From IMG/VR virus record IMGVR_UViG_3300017766_001735, positions 1 through 34,792 of that record: a stretch of 34,792 bases of DNA; one strand, 5' to 3'. This document shows positions 8,423-16,845 of this stretch, in pieces (positions within the stretch are counted from its first letter, which is position 1; each line of letters begins with the position of its first letter). A program made the position numbers and the translations under genes. The notes under the pieces were generated by a model, which was given only the letters and a program-made list of their open reading frames with translations, was not told the origin of the DNA and did no database searches. The stretch is from a virus. Lineage: Duplodnaviria > Caudoviricetes.

Positions 8423-9985
8423 ATGAAGACCGCCGAATCCACCTACACGTCGATGGAGTCGCAGCGGGACGTCTACCTTGAGCGCGCCCGAGAGTGCGCC
8501 AAGCTCACGCTCCCGATGCTGATGCCGGAGGCAGGAACGACGTCGGCTACTGACTTCCCCACTCCGTACCAGGGACTAGGTGCGCGTGGCGTGAACAACC
8601 TGGCATCGGCCCTTCTGATGTCCCTGCTGCCTCCAAACCAGCCGATGTTCCGCCTGGTCGTTGACGACATGGCGATCAAGCCGCTGGGCGAGATGGCCGA
8701 CATCAAGACCGAGATCGACTCAACGCTTTCGGAGATCGAGCGGTCGGTCATGCAGGAGATCGAGACGACGCAGATCCGCGTCGGAACGTTCGAGGCTCTG
8801 AAGCACCTGATCGTCACGGGCAACGTGCTCGTCTACCTTCCGAACGAAGGCGGTATGCGCGTGTTCCGGATGGACAGCTACGTCGTGAAGCGCGACCCGA
8901 TGGGCCGACCGAGGTGCATCGTCACGAAGGAATGCGTCTCCCCGTACGAGCTGCCGGAGGAATACGCCGAGTACGTCGATCTGACGAAGCCCGGCTACGA
9001 GGACACCGTTGACCTGTACACGAAGATCGAGTGGGTGCGCGGCCGCGTCCGCGTACACCAGGAGATCGGCGGGAAGGTCATCGAAACCACCAAGGGCTCG
9101 TACCCAGAGGACAAGTGCCCCTGGATGCCTCTTCGTATGTGCCGCGTTGACGGCGAGGACTGGGGCCGCAGCTACGTCGAGGAGCTGATCGGTGATCTCC
9201 GGTCGCTGGAGGGGTTGTCGCAGGCGATTGTCGAGGCATCGGCCGCCGCGGCCAAGCTGCTGATCCTGGTGAACCCGAACGGATCCACGCGGATCAAGGC
9301 CCTCGCGCGCGCCCGCAGCGGCGACATCATCGAGGGAAATCCCATCGACGTCGGTGTGCTCCAGGCCAACAAGGGCCAGGATCTGAACACGGCGCTGCTC
9401 ACGATGAACACCATCAAGGAGCGGATCAGCTATTCGTTCCTGCTGACCGAAGCCACGATCCGCAACGCCGAGCGCGTCACCGCGGAGGAGGTCCGCCTGG
9501 TCATCCAGTCCATCGAGCGTCAGCTCGGCGGCATCTACTCGGTTCTCTCGCAGGAGTTCCAGCTCCCCCTGGTCCGCCGCGTCATGGACCGGATGCAGCG
9601 GGCCAACCGCCTTCCCGAGATCCCGGAGAAGTTCGTCAAGCCGACGATCATCACGGGCATCGAGGCCCTGGGACGCGGCAACGATCTCAACAAGCTCGAC
9701 GTGTTCCTCGCGGGTGCGGCCCAGGTCGTCGGCCCGCAGATGCTCCAGGAATACGTCAACATCTCCGAGTACCTGGCCCGCCGGGCCGCAAGCCTGGGCA
9801 TCGACACCAAGGGACTCATCGTCAGCCAGGAGGAGATCCAGGCTAGAATGGCGCAGCAGCGACAGATGCAGATGCAGGACCAGTACGGTCCGAAGCTCAT
9901 GGACGCCGTGGCCAAGGGCGCGGCGGACAATCCGCAGCTCGTCGCACAGATCACCCAGGCAGGCCGTGGAGCGGCCCCGCAATAA
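8423..9985 (+). CDS. portal / head-tail connector (T7 gp8-like)
   Basis: PYQGLGARGVNNLASAL, GEDWGRSYVEE, RNAERVTAEEVR, LGGIYSVLSQEFQLPLV, GIEALGRGNDL. Confidence 0.97.
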   Translation: MKTAESTYTSMESQRDVYLERARECAKLTLPMLMPEAGTTSATDFPTPYQGLGARGVNNLASALLMSLLPPNQPMFRLVVDDMAIKPLGEMADIKTEIDSTLSEIERSVMQEIETTQIRVGTFEALKHLIVTGNVLVYLPNEGGMRVFRMDSYVVKRDPMGRPRCIVTKECVSPYELPEEYAEYVDLTKPGYEDTVDLYTKIEWVRGRVRVHQEIGGKVIETTKGSYPEDKCPWMPLRMCRVDGEDWGRSYVEELIGDLRSLEGLSQAIVEASAAAAKLLILVNPNGSTRIKALARARSGDIIEGNPIDVGVLQANKGQDLNTALLTMNTIKERISYSFLLTEATIRNAERVTAEEVRLVIQSIERQLGGIYSVLSQEFQLPLVRRVMDRMQRANRLPEIPEKFVKPTIITGIEALGRGNDLNKLDVFLAGAAQVVGPQMLQEYVNISEYLARRAASLGIDTKGLIVSQEEIQARMAQQRQMQMQDQYGPKLMDAVAKGAADNPQLVAQITQAGRGAAPQ

Positions 9986-9994
9986 GAGGAATCA

Positions 9995-10789
9995 ATGGAA
10001 AGCGTGACGATCAAGAGCCCGGAGACTGGTCCTGTGAACCAGTCAGCCCCGGCAAGCACCCCGACGGAAACCAGGATGGTCGTTGAGACGGAGAAGGGGA
10101 TCCAGGTCCTTCCTTCGGCGTCCAGCAACGACGAGCGCCCCGCGTGGCTTCCCGAGAAGTTCAAGTCCGTGCAGGACATGGCGCAGGCGTATTCGGAGCT
10201 TGAGAAGCGCATGAGCTCCGGGCAGAAGCCGCAGGAACCGACACCCGTGGTCCCTCCGGCGGATGCCGCGCAGCAGCCGCAGCAGGACGCATTCGCCGCA
10301 TATACCGCGGAGTTCATGCAGAGCGGCAAGCTGTCGGACGATTCGTACAAGCAGCTGGAGGGCAAGGGGATTCCACGTTCCCTTGTGGACAGCTACATCG
10401 CCAACTACCAGGCGGCGCAGACCACGCGCATGGCCGAGTCCGAGGCCAAGGTAGTCGCGTCCGTCGGTGGCCCCGAGGAATACGCTCGGATGCAAGTCTG
10501 GGCGTCCAAGAACTTCAGTCCCGACGAGATCACCGCGTACAACCGCGTCATGGAGTCCGGCGACGTCTCCATGATGAACATGGCGGTCAGCGGCATGAAG
10601 GCGCGGTTCGACGCCCAGGCGGAGCCACGGCTCATCTCGGCACGGGCCAGCAACACCACAAACGGTTTCCGTTCGATGGCGGAGATGACCGCGGCGATGC
10701 GGGACCCGCGGTACGCGTCCGATGCGGCATACCGTGCCGACGTGACTGCGCGCATGAAGTCCAGCAACCTGTTCGGAGTAACGCAATGA
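9995..10789 (+). CDS. capsid assembly scaffolding protein (T7 gp9-like)
   Basis: RPAWLPEKF...AYSELEK, VGGPEEY, GFRSMAEMTAAMRDPRY..D.AYRADV. Confidence 0.93.
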   Translation: MESVTIKSPETGPVNQSAPASTPTETRMVVETEKGIQVLPSASSNDERPAWLPEKFKSVQDMAQAYSELEKRMSSGQKPQEPTPVVPPADAAQQPQQDAFAAYTAEFMQSGKLSDDSYKQLEGKGIPRSLVDSYIANYQAAQTTRMAESEAKVVASVGGPEEYARMQVWASKNFSPDEITAYNRVMESGDVSMMNMAVSGMKARFDAQAEPRLISARASNTTNGFRSMAEMTAAMRDPRYASDAAYRADVTARMKSSNLFGVTQ

Positions 10790-10974
10790 ATGAAGCGAAG
10801 CCGGGGTACAAGACCACCGAGTTCTGGCTGTCCGTGGTGGCAATGGTCATCGGGGCGGCTTTCGCGTCTGGCGTGTTCCCCTCTGAATCGACCGGAGACA
10901 AGATCCTGGGCCTGGCCGCGACCGTGCTTTCGGCGCTGGGCTACACGGTGTCGCGGACGATGGTGAAGAAGTGA
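10786..10974 (+). CDS. putative holin
   Basis: 62 aa, KPGYKTTEFWL start, two hydrophobic segments, basic C-terminus. ATGA overlap with scaffold. Confidence 0.65.
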   Translation: MNEAKPGYKTTEFWLSVVAMVIGAAFASGVFPSESTGDKILGLAATVLSALGYTVSRTMVKK

Positions 10975-10978
10975 TGCC

Positions 10979-11221
10979 ATGCTCGAACGGATCGTTGCCC
11001 AGGTGGCGATGGCTTTGTTCGGCTGGCTCGACGGCCGCATCTCTCGCGGCTCTACTGCCGTGGATGCTCCGAGCGACCGTGCTCGTCTGCGCCGCGCTGG
11101 TGATCGCATCGGCAAGTGGCTGCGGGAACAGGACCGTGTTCGTTCCGGAAAGCAGCCCGATGCGGACAGGACCGGGGTTCAAGGGGAGGATCTACACCCT
11201 CCGCCCGGGAGCAAGCCCTGA
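10979..11221 (+). CDS. putative inner-membrane spanin (Rz-like) or small membrane-associated protein
   Basis: Short N-terminal hydrophobic stretch then a charged helical region. Overlaps the lipoprotein gene in another frame. Confidence 0.5.
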   Translation: MLERIVAQVAMALFGWLDGRISRGSTAVDAPSDRARLRRAGDRIGKWLREQDRVRSGKQPDADRTGVQGEDLHPPPGSKP

Positions 11222-11312
11222 CGAGTGGGAGCTGTCGGCAAACGCAGTCTCCATACCCGAGGGGTACTATCTCGTCAGCCCGCAATGGGTGAGCGAGAAC
11301 GAGGACAAGTAA
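11064..11312 (+). CDS. lipoprotein, putative outer-membrane spanin (Rz1-like)
   Basis: Signal peptide MLRATVLVCAALVIASASG-C with lipobox-like ASGC and several prolines in the mature part. Starts inside 10979..11221. Confidence 0.65.
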   Translation: MLRATVLVCAALVIASASGCGNRTVFVPESSPMRTGPGFKGRIYTLRPGASPDEWELSANAVSIPEGYYLVSPQWVSENEDK

Positions 11313-11315
11313 CAC

Positions 11316-11410
11316 CGATACGACGGCGGAAACGCCGTCGCGTCGTTTCTGGCGCAGGCAAGACTTGAGCCCGCTGTGGCGGACAACTCGAAGCGAAGGC
11401 CGAGGCCGCA
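11316..11410 (+). promoter_or_regulatory. structured leader upstream of major capsid gene
   Basis: Hairpin CGACGGCG-GAAA-CGCCGTCG (11321-11340), then GAG-C-CCGC-TGTG-GCGG-ACAA-CTC (11367-11389), then a small GGC-CGAG-GCC stem. Confidence 0.55.
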
Positions 11411-11452
11411 CCGTTTCAGTCTCACACGAACTCAAGACAAGGAATCACAGAA

Positions 11453-12514
11453 ATGCCCATGCTTCTCTCCGCGCTCGGCGCGGTCAACGGCTCGGCTGGC
11501 TGGTCAGGAACCTACGCCACCGACACCGCTCTCTTCCTCAAGCTCTTCGCTGGCGAGGTCCTGACGACCTTCGAGACGAACAGCGTCATGCTCCCCCTCC
11601 ACACCGTCCGCACCATCAGCGAGGGCAAGTCGGCAACGTTCCCGGTCACGGGCATCGCCACCGCTTCGTACCACGTCCCCGGCACGTCGATCATCGACGG
11701 CTCTCTTTCGACGGTGTACGCGGCTTCGGCTTCGGCGGGATCCCCGACCACGGCGGTCAGCGTCCCGACCGGAACCTACCTGTCGCAGATCAAGCACAAC
11801 GAGCGCGTCATCAACGTCGATGACCAGCTCACGTCGTCCGCGTTCATCGCCAAGCTTGACGAGGCGCGGAACCACTACGACGTGCGCTCGATCTACACCA
11901 CCGAGATCGGCCGCGCGCTGGCCAAGCAGATGGACAAGAACCTCATCGGTCTTGGCATCCTCGCTGCCCGTGCCTCGACCACGATCACGGGTGGATTCGG
12001 CGGCTCGTCCCTCGACATCTCGGCCCAGGCCACCCGCACCGCCACCACGGGCGCCGAGCTCGTCGCTGGCCTGTACGCGGCGGCCGAGGAGCTGGACGAG
12101 AAGGACGTCCCGATGGAGGACCGCTACTGCGTCGTTGAGCCCTGGGCCTTCTACAAGATGATCCAGGAGAAGTCCCTCATCAACAAGGACCACTCCGAGG
12201 GCAACGGTGACTTCGCCAAGGGCACGATGTACGAGGCCGCTGGCATCAAGATCATCAAGTCCAACAACGCCGGAGCCGTGTTCGGCCAGACCGTCGCTGC
12301 CGTCACCGGACAGCAGAACACCTACAGCGGGAACTTCAGCGGAACCGTCGCCCTGGTGTTCCACAAGGCCGCCATCGGAACCGTCAAGCTCATGGATCTC
12401 AAGCTTGAGACGGAGTACCAGGTCGAGCGTCAGGGCAACCTGATGGTCGCTGGCTACGCCGTCGGCCACGGCATCCTCCGTCCGGAGTGCTCCGTCGAGC
12501 TCAAGCAGGCTTGA
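11453..12514 (+). CDS. major capsid protein (T7 gp10-like)
   Basis: ALFLKLFAGEVLTTF, RTISEGKSATFPVTG, IKHNERVINVDD, HYDVRSIYTTEIGRALA, GHGILRPEC. Strong codon bias; RBS AAGGA. Confidence 0.97.
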   Translation: MPMLLSALGAVNGSAGWSGTYATDTALFLKLFAGEVLTTFETNSVMLPLHTVRTISEGKSATFPVTGIATASYHVPGTSIIDGSLSTVYAASASAGSPTTAVSVPTGTYLSQIKHNERVINVDDQLTSSAFIAKLDEARNHYDVRSIYTTEIGRALAKQMDKNLIGLGILAARASTTITGGFGGSSLDISAQATRTATTGAELVAGLYAAAEELDEKDVPMEDRYCVVEPWAFYKMIQEKSLINKDHSEGNGDFAKGTMYEAAGIKIIKSNNAGAVFGQTVAAVTGQQNTYSGNFSGTVALVFHKAAIGTVKLMDLKLETEYQVERQGNLMVAGYAVGHGILRPECSVELKQA

Positions 12515-12535
12515 TCCCGGCTGATCGAGAACACA

Positions 12536-12565
12536 GGGGGATCCCTGGGAAACCAGGGGTCCCCC
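12536..12565 (+). terminator. stem-loop at the T-phi position after the capsid gene
   Basis: GGGGGATCCCTGG-GAAA-CCAGGGGTCCCCC, 13-bp stem with one G-U pair; lacks a U tract. Confidence 0.55.
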
Positions 12566-12578
12566 ATTAGGAGAACCC

Positions 12579-13163
12579 ATGCCCGCGACCACCACCAAGC
12601 TGGAAGCCGTCAACACGGTCCTATCGACCGTCGGAAGCTCCCCGGTCAGTACGCTCACCGGGGCGCAGTCCGCAGACGTACGCATGGCGATCTCGACCCT
12701 GGACGAAGTATCCAGGGAGATACAGAGCGTCGGATGGCACTTCAACTCCGAGGACGAGATCACGCTCACGCCCGATGCGACCACGCTTGAGATCGTCCTG
12801 GGGGAGAACGTCGTCCGGTGCGATCTCAATGAATACAACACGGGCAACCTGGACATCGTGCAGCGCGGCCGCAGGCTGTACGACAAGATCGGCCACACCT
12901 ACCAGTTCTCGGCGTCCCTCAAGGCCGATCTGGTCATGCTGCTGGAGTGGGACGATCTTCCCGAGCCTGCCCGGAGGTACATCACCATCCGCGCATCGCG
13001 CATCTTCACCGACCGCATGGTGGGCAGCGTCGAGCATCACCAGTTCACGGCGATGGACGAGCTCCAGGCCAGGGCCGCCCTGGTCGAGTTCGAGGGCGAC
13101 ACGGCGGACTACTCGATCTTCGACAACTGGTCCGTCGGCCGTGTCCTGTACCGGAGATTCTGA
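12579..13163 (+). CDS. tail tubular protein A (T7 gp11-like)
   Basis: KLEAVNTVLSTVGSSPV, EIQSVGWHFN, LPEPARRYITIRASRIF. RBS AGGAG. Confidence 0.93.
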   Translation: MPATTTKLEAVNTVLSTVGSSPVSTLTGAQSADVRMAISTLDEVSREIQSVGWHFNSEDEITLTPDATTLEIVLGENVVRCDLNEYNTGNLDIVQRGRRLYDKIGHTYQFSASLKADLVMLLEWDDLPEPARRYITIRASRIFTDRMVGSVEHHQFTAMDELQARAALVEFEGDTADYSIFDNWSVGRVLYRRF

Positions 13164-15623
13164 ATGCTGATCTCTACCGCAATCCCCAGCCTGTTGAATG
13201 GAATCAGCCAGCAGCCCCCGGCGCAGCGGTTCCCGACGCAGGCGGAGGACCAGGTGAACGCGTACAGCTCCGTGGTGGACGGTCTAATCAAGCGGCCGTG
13301 CACGGAGTTCATCGCTGATCTCGGATCCAGCGCGCTGTCCGGTGTCACCGACCACATCCACGCGATCAAGCGCGATGCAGTCGAACGGTACATGGTCGTG
13401 ATCTCCAGCTCCGGTATCAAGGTGTACGACACGGCCGGGGCCTCCAAGACGGTCAACGCTCCTGACGGGTACTCGTACTTGTCGCCCGCGGCGGGAACGA
13501 CGTTCCCCAACTCAATCAAGTGCGTGACCATCGGGGACTACACGTTCATCCTCAACAGGACCAAGACCGTTGCGATGGACGCGACGTTGACGTCCGCGCG
13601 AAACCCCGAGGCCCTGGTCGCCATCATCAACGGCGCGTACCACGTCAACTACACGATAAAGATCGGGGCCAGCACCTACTCGATCACAACGGGCGGAAGC
13701 TCGGCAGACGGGGACTGCGTGGAGATCGCCATTGACCTGGCGGCCGCATACAACGCCGCACCAGTCAGCGGCGTGTCCGTCACCCGGACGGGCCACGTCC
13801 TGCATTTCGCCAGCTCCACGGCTTCCGACTTCACCATCTCGGTCGAGGACGGCCTGGGCGGAGCCGGGACGCTGCTTGTGAAGAAGTCTGTACAGGCATT
13901 CACGGACCTACCGACTATTGCACCGACGGGCATGAAGGTGAAGGTCGAGGGCATTCCCGGGGAGCGCGAGGACGACTACTACGTCCAGTTCACGGCCAAC
14001 GCCGGATCCGGAACGGGCGAGGGCGTCTGGCGCGAATCCCTGGCGGAAGGGATCAAGTACAAGTTCGACTACGCGACGATGCCCCATGCCCTGATCCGGC
14101 TGTCCAACGGGCAGTTCGTGTTCAAGCGCGTCAACGGGACAGCCTACAGCTCGTTCGCGGGGACGAACGCATCGTGGGCCGAGCGCACCGTCGGTGACGA
14201 CGTGAGCAGCCCGCTGCCGTCGTTCGTCGGATTCAAGATCAACGACATCTTTCTGTTCAAGGATCGGCTCGGCTTCCTGGCCAACGAGTCGGTCATCATG
14301 TCGGAGACGAGCGAATACTTCAATCCGTGGCGCACCACGGTCACGCAGATCATCGACTCCGATCCCATCGACATCCAGTCGGCGTTCCCACAGGTTTCGA
14401 TCCTGCGCGCGGCCGTGCCCATCAACGACCGCCTGATCGTGTTCAGCGACAAGGCGCAGTTCATCGTGCAGGGAACCCAGGTCGTGACCCCGAGCAGCGT
14501 GTCGATGACCGCCGCGACGCAGTACGAGATGGACTCGACCGTGACGCCCATCGCCGCTGGCAACAGCGTGTTCTTCGCCACGAACCGCAACGGGACCCAG
14601 GGCATCCGTGAGTTCATCCAGAGCGAGAACGATCCAAACCTGTTCGACGCTCCCGACGTGACGGCGAACGTGCCGAAGCTGCTCCCATACGGGATCAAGG
14701 CCCTGGCGTTCAACTCGATGGAGGGATGCCTGATCGTCGTCCCATCCGTGTCGCAGACGTCCCTGTACGTCTACAAGTTCTTCGGAGCGGGCAGCCAGCG
14801 CATCCAGTCGAGCTGGTCGCGCTACCAGATGTCCAACCAGGTCATCGGAGCCGACTTCTTCGACAACCAGATGTATCTCATAAGCTACACGTCCGGCGAC
14901 ACGACCGCGACGATGGAGCGAATGGACTTCGGACCTGACCAGAAGGACCTGGCCAAGTCGAGCTCGACGGTGTTCGCGGCGTACAAGACCCTGCTCGACT
15001 GCCGCGCAGACGAGACTGCCTGCACGATCTCCTACAGCTCGGTCACGGACCTGACGACGGTGACGCTTCCGTTCACGCCGCGGCCCGACCGCAACGTCGT
15101 CATCGTCAGCAGGCTTGCCGTTGTCGCCGGAGCGGAGACGATCTACGGAGAGGTGTTCTACAAGGGCAAGCCCGCAGGCCGCACGTTCACCGTCCCCGGC
15201 AAGCTTGAGAGCACCGCGGGGACCGTGGCCATCTACGCCGGATTCGACTACGAGATGCTGTACGAGTTCAGCGAGGTGCAGCTCCGGGTCACGAACCGTA
15301 CGCGCGGCACTTCGGATACGGTCACAAGCGGACGTCTCCAGGTCCGCTACTGCACGGTCTTGTACGCGAACAGCGGGTACTTCAAGGCGAAGGTCGTGCC
15401 CGACTACGGCGCCGAGTCGATATCGGAGTGGACTGGCAACGACGTGGGCACGGGCAACGCGATCATCGGGAAGATGAGCGTGTCCGACGGTCGCTTCAAG
15501 TTCCCCGTGTACGGACTCAACACCGAAGTTCGCGTACAGTTGCTGAACGACACGTTCCTGCCCTGTGCCTTCCTCAATGCGGAGTTCGAGTGCCTGTACA
15601 AGACGAGAAGCCAGCGAGTCTGA
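13164..15623 (+). CDS. tail tubular protein B / nozzle (T7 gp12-like)
   Basis: IPSLLNGISQQP, GLIKRP, PSFVGFKINDIFLFKDRLGFL, DSDPID, QSSWSRY, GRLQVR; 819 aa. Confidence 0.95.
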   Translation: MLISTAIPSLLNGISQQPPAQRFPTQAEDQVNAYSSVVDGLIKRPCTEFIADLGSSALSGVTDHIHAIKRDAVERYMVVISSSGIKVYDTAGASKTVNAPDGYSYLSPAAGTTFPNSIKCVTIGDYTFILNRTKTVAMDATLTSARNPEALVAIINGAYHVNYTIKIGASTYSITTGGSSADGDCVEIAIDLAAAYNAAPVSGVSVTRTGHVLHFASSTASDFTISVEDGLGGAGTLLVKKSVQAFTDLPTIAPTGMKVKVEGIPGEREDDYYVQFTANAGSGTGEGVWRESLAEGIKYKFDYATMPHALIRLSNGQFVFKRVNGTAYSSFAGTNASWAERTVGDDVSSPLPSFVGFKINDIFLFKDRLGFLANESVIMSETSEYFNPWRTTVTQIIDSDPIDIQSAFPQVSILRAAVPINDRLIVFSDKAQFIVQGTQVVTPSSVSMTAATQYEMDSTVTPIAAGNSVFFATNRNGTQGIREFIQSENDPNLFDAPDVTANVPKLLPYGIKALAFNSMEGCLIVVPSVSQTSLYVYKFFGAGSQRIQSSWSRYQMSNQVIGADFFDNQMYLISYTSGDTTATMERMDFGPDQKDLAKSSSTVFAAYKTLLDCRADETACTISYSSVTDLTTVTLPFTPRPDRNVVIVSRLAVVAGAETIYGEVFYKGKPAGRTFTVPGKLESTAGTVAIYAGFDYEMLYEFSEVQLRVTNRTRGTSDTVTSGRLQVRYCTVLYANSGYFKAKVVPDYGAESISEWTGNDVGTGNAIIGKMSVSDGRFKFPVYGLNTEVRVQLLNDTFLPCAFLNAEFECLYKTRSQRV

Positions 15624-16120
15624 TCCGCGGCCATGTCCGTCCCGCCGTGCCGGGAGACGTCGCGTACATCGCTGAACACATCCGCGGCGACGACAGGATG
15701 GAGCTTGAGGCGGGCGGGCACACCGATCCGCTGGCCTGCCTGATCGAGTGCTTCGAGCGCACGGAACGTCCGTTCACGGGAGTCTGGGACGACAAGCCCT
15801 GCGCCCTGTTCGGAATCGTCAGGACACGGCATCGGGCCTTCGTAGACGGGGCATTCCTTCAACGGGGGACCGGAGCTCCGTGGCTGCTCGGGACCGATGG
15901 AATCATCGAGGCCCGCTGGCAGTTCGCACGGGAGAGCCGGAAATGGCTCGATGTCGTGTCCGACGGATACGACTTGCTGGAGAACCACGTCCATTCCCGA
16001 AACATCGTCCACATCCGGTGGCTCAAGTGGCTCGGCTTCACGTTCGGACCCGAGATCCCGTACCCGTCCGGAGAGACATTCCATAGGTTCTACAAGGTGA
16101 ACAAACCATGTGCTTCATAG
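15590..16120 (+). CDS. internal virion protein A (T7 gp13-like, acetyltransferase-like)
   Basis: PWLLGTD, LENHVHSRNIVHIRWLKWLGFTF; follows gp12. Start re-assigned to GTG 15590 after GGAG (ORF open from 15428). Confidence 0.82.
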   Translation: MPVQDEKPASLIRGHVRPAVPGDVAYIAEHIRGDDRMELEAGGHTDPLACLIECFERTERPFTGVWDDKPCALFGIVRTRHRAFVDGAFLQRGTGAPWLLGTDGIIEARWQFARESRKWLDVVSDGYDLLENHVHSRNIVHIRWLKWLGFTFGPEIPYPSGETFHRFYKVNKPCAS

Positions 16121-16845
16121 AAGCAGCCGCATTGACGGCCGCAGGAACGGCAGCGGCGGGCTCGGCGTCGGCAGCGGCAACCGCCGCAGCTACCACGATG
16201 GCGGTGATGGCGAACGCCGCGATCACGTCGGCCATCGTGGGCGTCGTCGGCGCTGGCGTCGGCTTCTACGGCCAGCAGCAGCAGGCCGCGTACCAGGAGG
16301 ACACCGCCCAGTACCAGTACCAGGTGGCGATGCAGAACCGGACCGCGCAGGAGCAGGCGCAGTCCCGTCAGTTTGAGATCACGTCCAAGGAGGCCACGGA
16401 CGCCGCGAAGATGGCCTACCTGTTGAACGCAAAGCGCCAGCAGGAGTTCGAGTCGCAGGCCGCTGCGGAAATCTACGCCGTCTCGCAGCAGTCGCAGCGG
16501 GCGGCCGGAAGCGCCCGTGTAGGCGCAAGCGAGATGGGTGTCACGGGATCCTCCATCGACGCTCTCCTCAAGGACTTCAGCCGCCAGGAGTTCACCTACC
16601 AGACGTCGGTGCTCCGTGAGCAGCAGAGCCGTGCGTACATGGCGCAGACGGAACGCCAGGCGATCCGCGACCAGCAGTACGCGCGGATGCTGGGCGCGCA
16701 GCCGCAGCCGCTTCCGATCATCGGCGCACCTGTCATTCCTCCGCGACCGACGTTCCTCGCGGCCGGGCTCCAGATGGGGTCGGCGGTGACGGGCCTGTTC
16801 GCCAATCCCTATTTCGCCCGCACCATCGCACTAGGTGGAGTATGA
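16108..16845 (+). CDS. internal virion protein B (T7 gp14-like)
   Basis: MC start, Ala-rich hydrophobic N-terminus, Gln-rich coiled region, GVTGSSIDALL; gene order. Confidence 0.8.
   Translation: MCFIEAAALTAAGTAAAGSASAAATAAATTMAVMANAAITSAIVGVVGAGVGFYGQQQQAAYQEDTAQYQYQVAMQNRTAQEQAQSRQFEITSKEATDAAKMAYLLNAKRQQEFESQAAAEIYAVSQQSQRAAGSARVGASEMGVTGSSIDALLKDFSRQEFTYQTSVLREQQSRAYMAQTERQAIRDQQYARMLGAQPQPLPIIGAPVIPPRPTFLAAGLQMGSAVTGLFANPYFARTIALGGV

Noticed and set aside
12490-12580. T7 gp10B-like frameshift extension of the capsid protein
   Set aside because: No slippery sequence seen near the stop and only 64 nt before the next gene.
13161-13166. In-frame TGA-ATG junction between tail tube A and B as a readthrough fusion
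   Set aside because: Tight coupling of these two genes is ordinary and both look complete.
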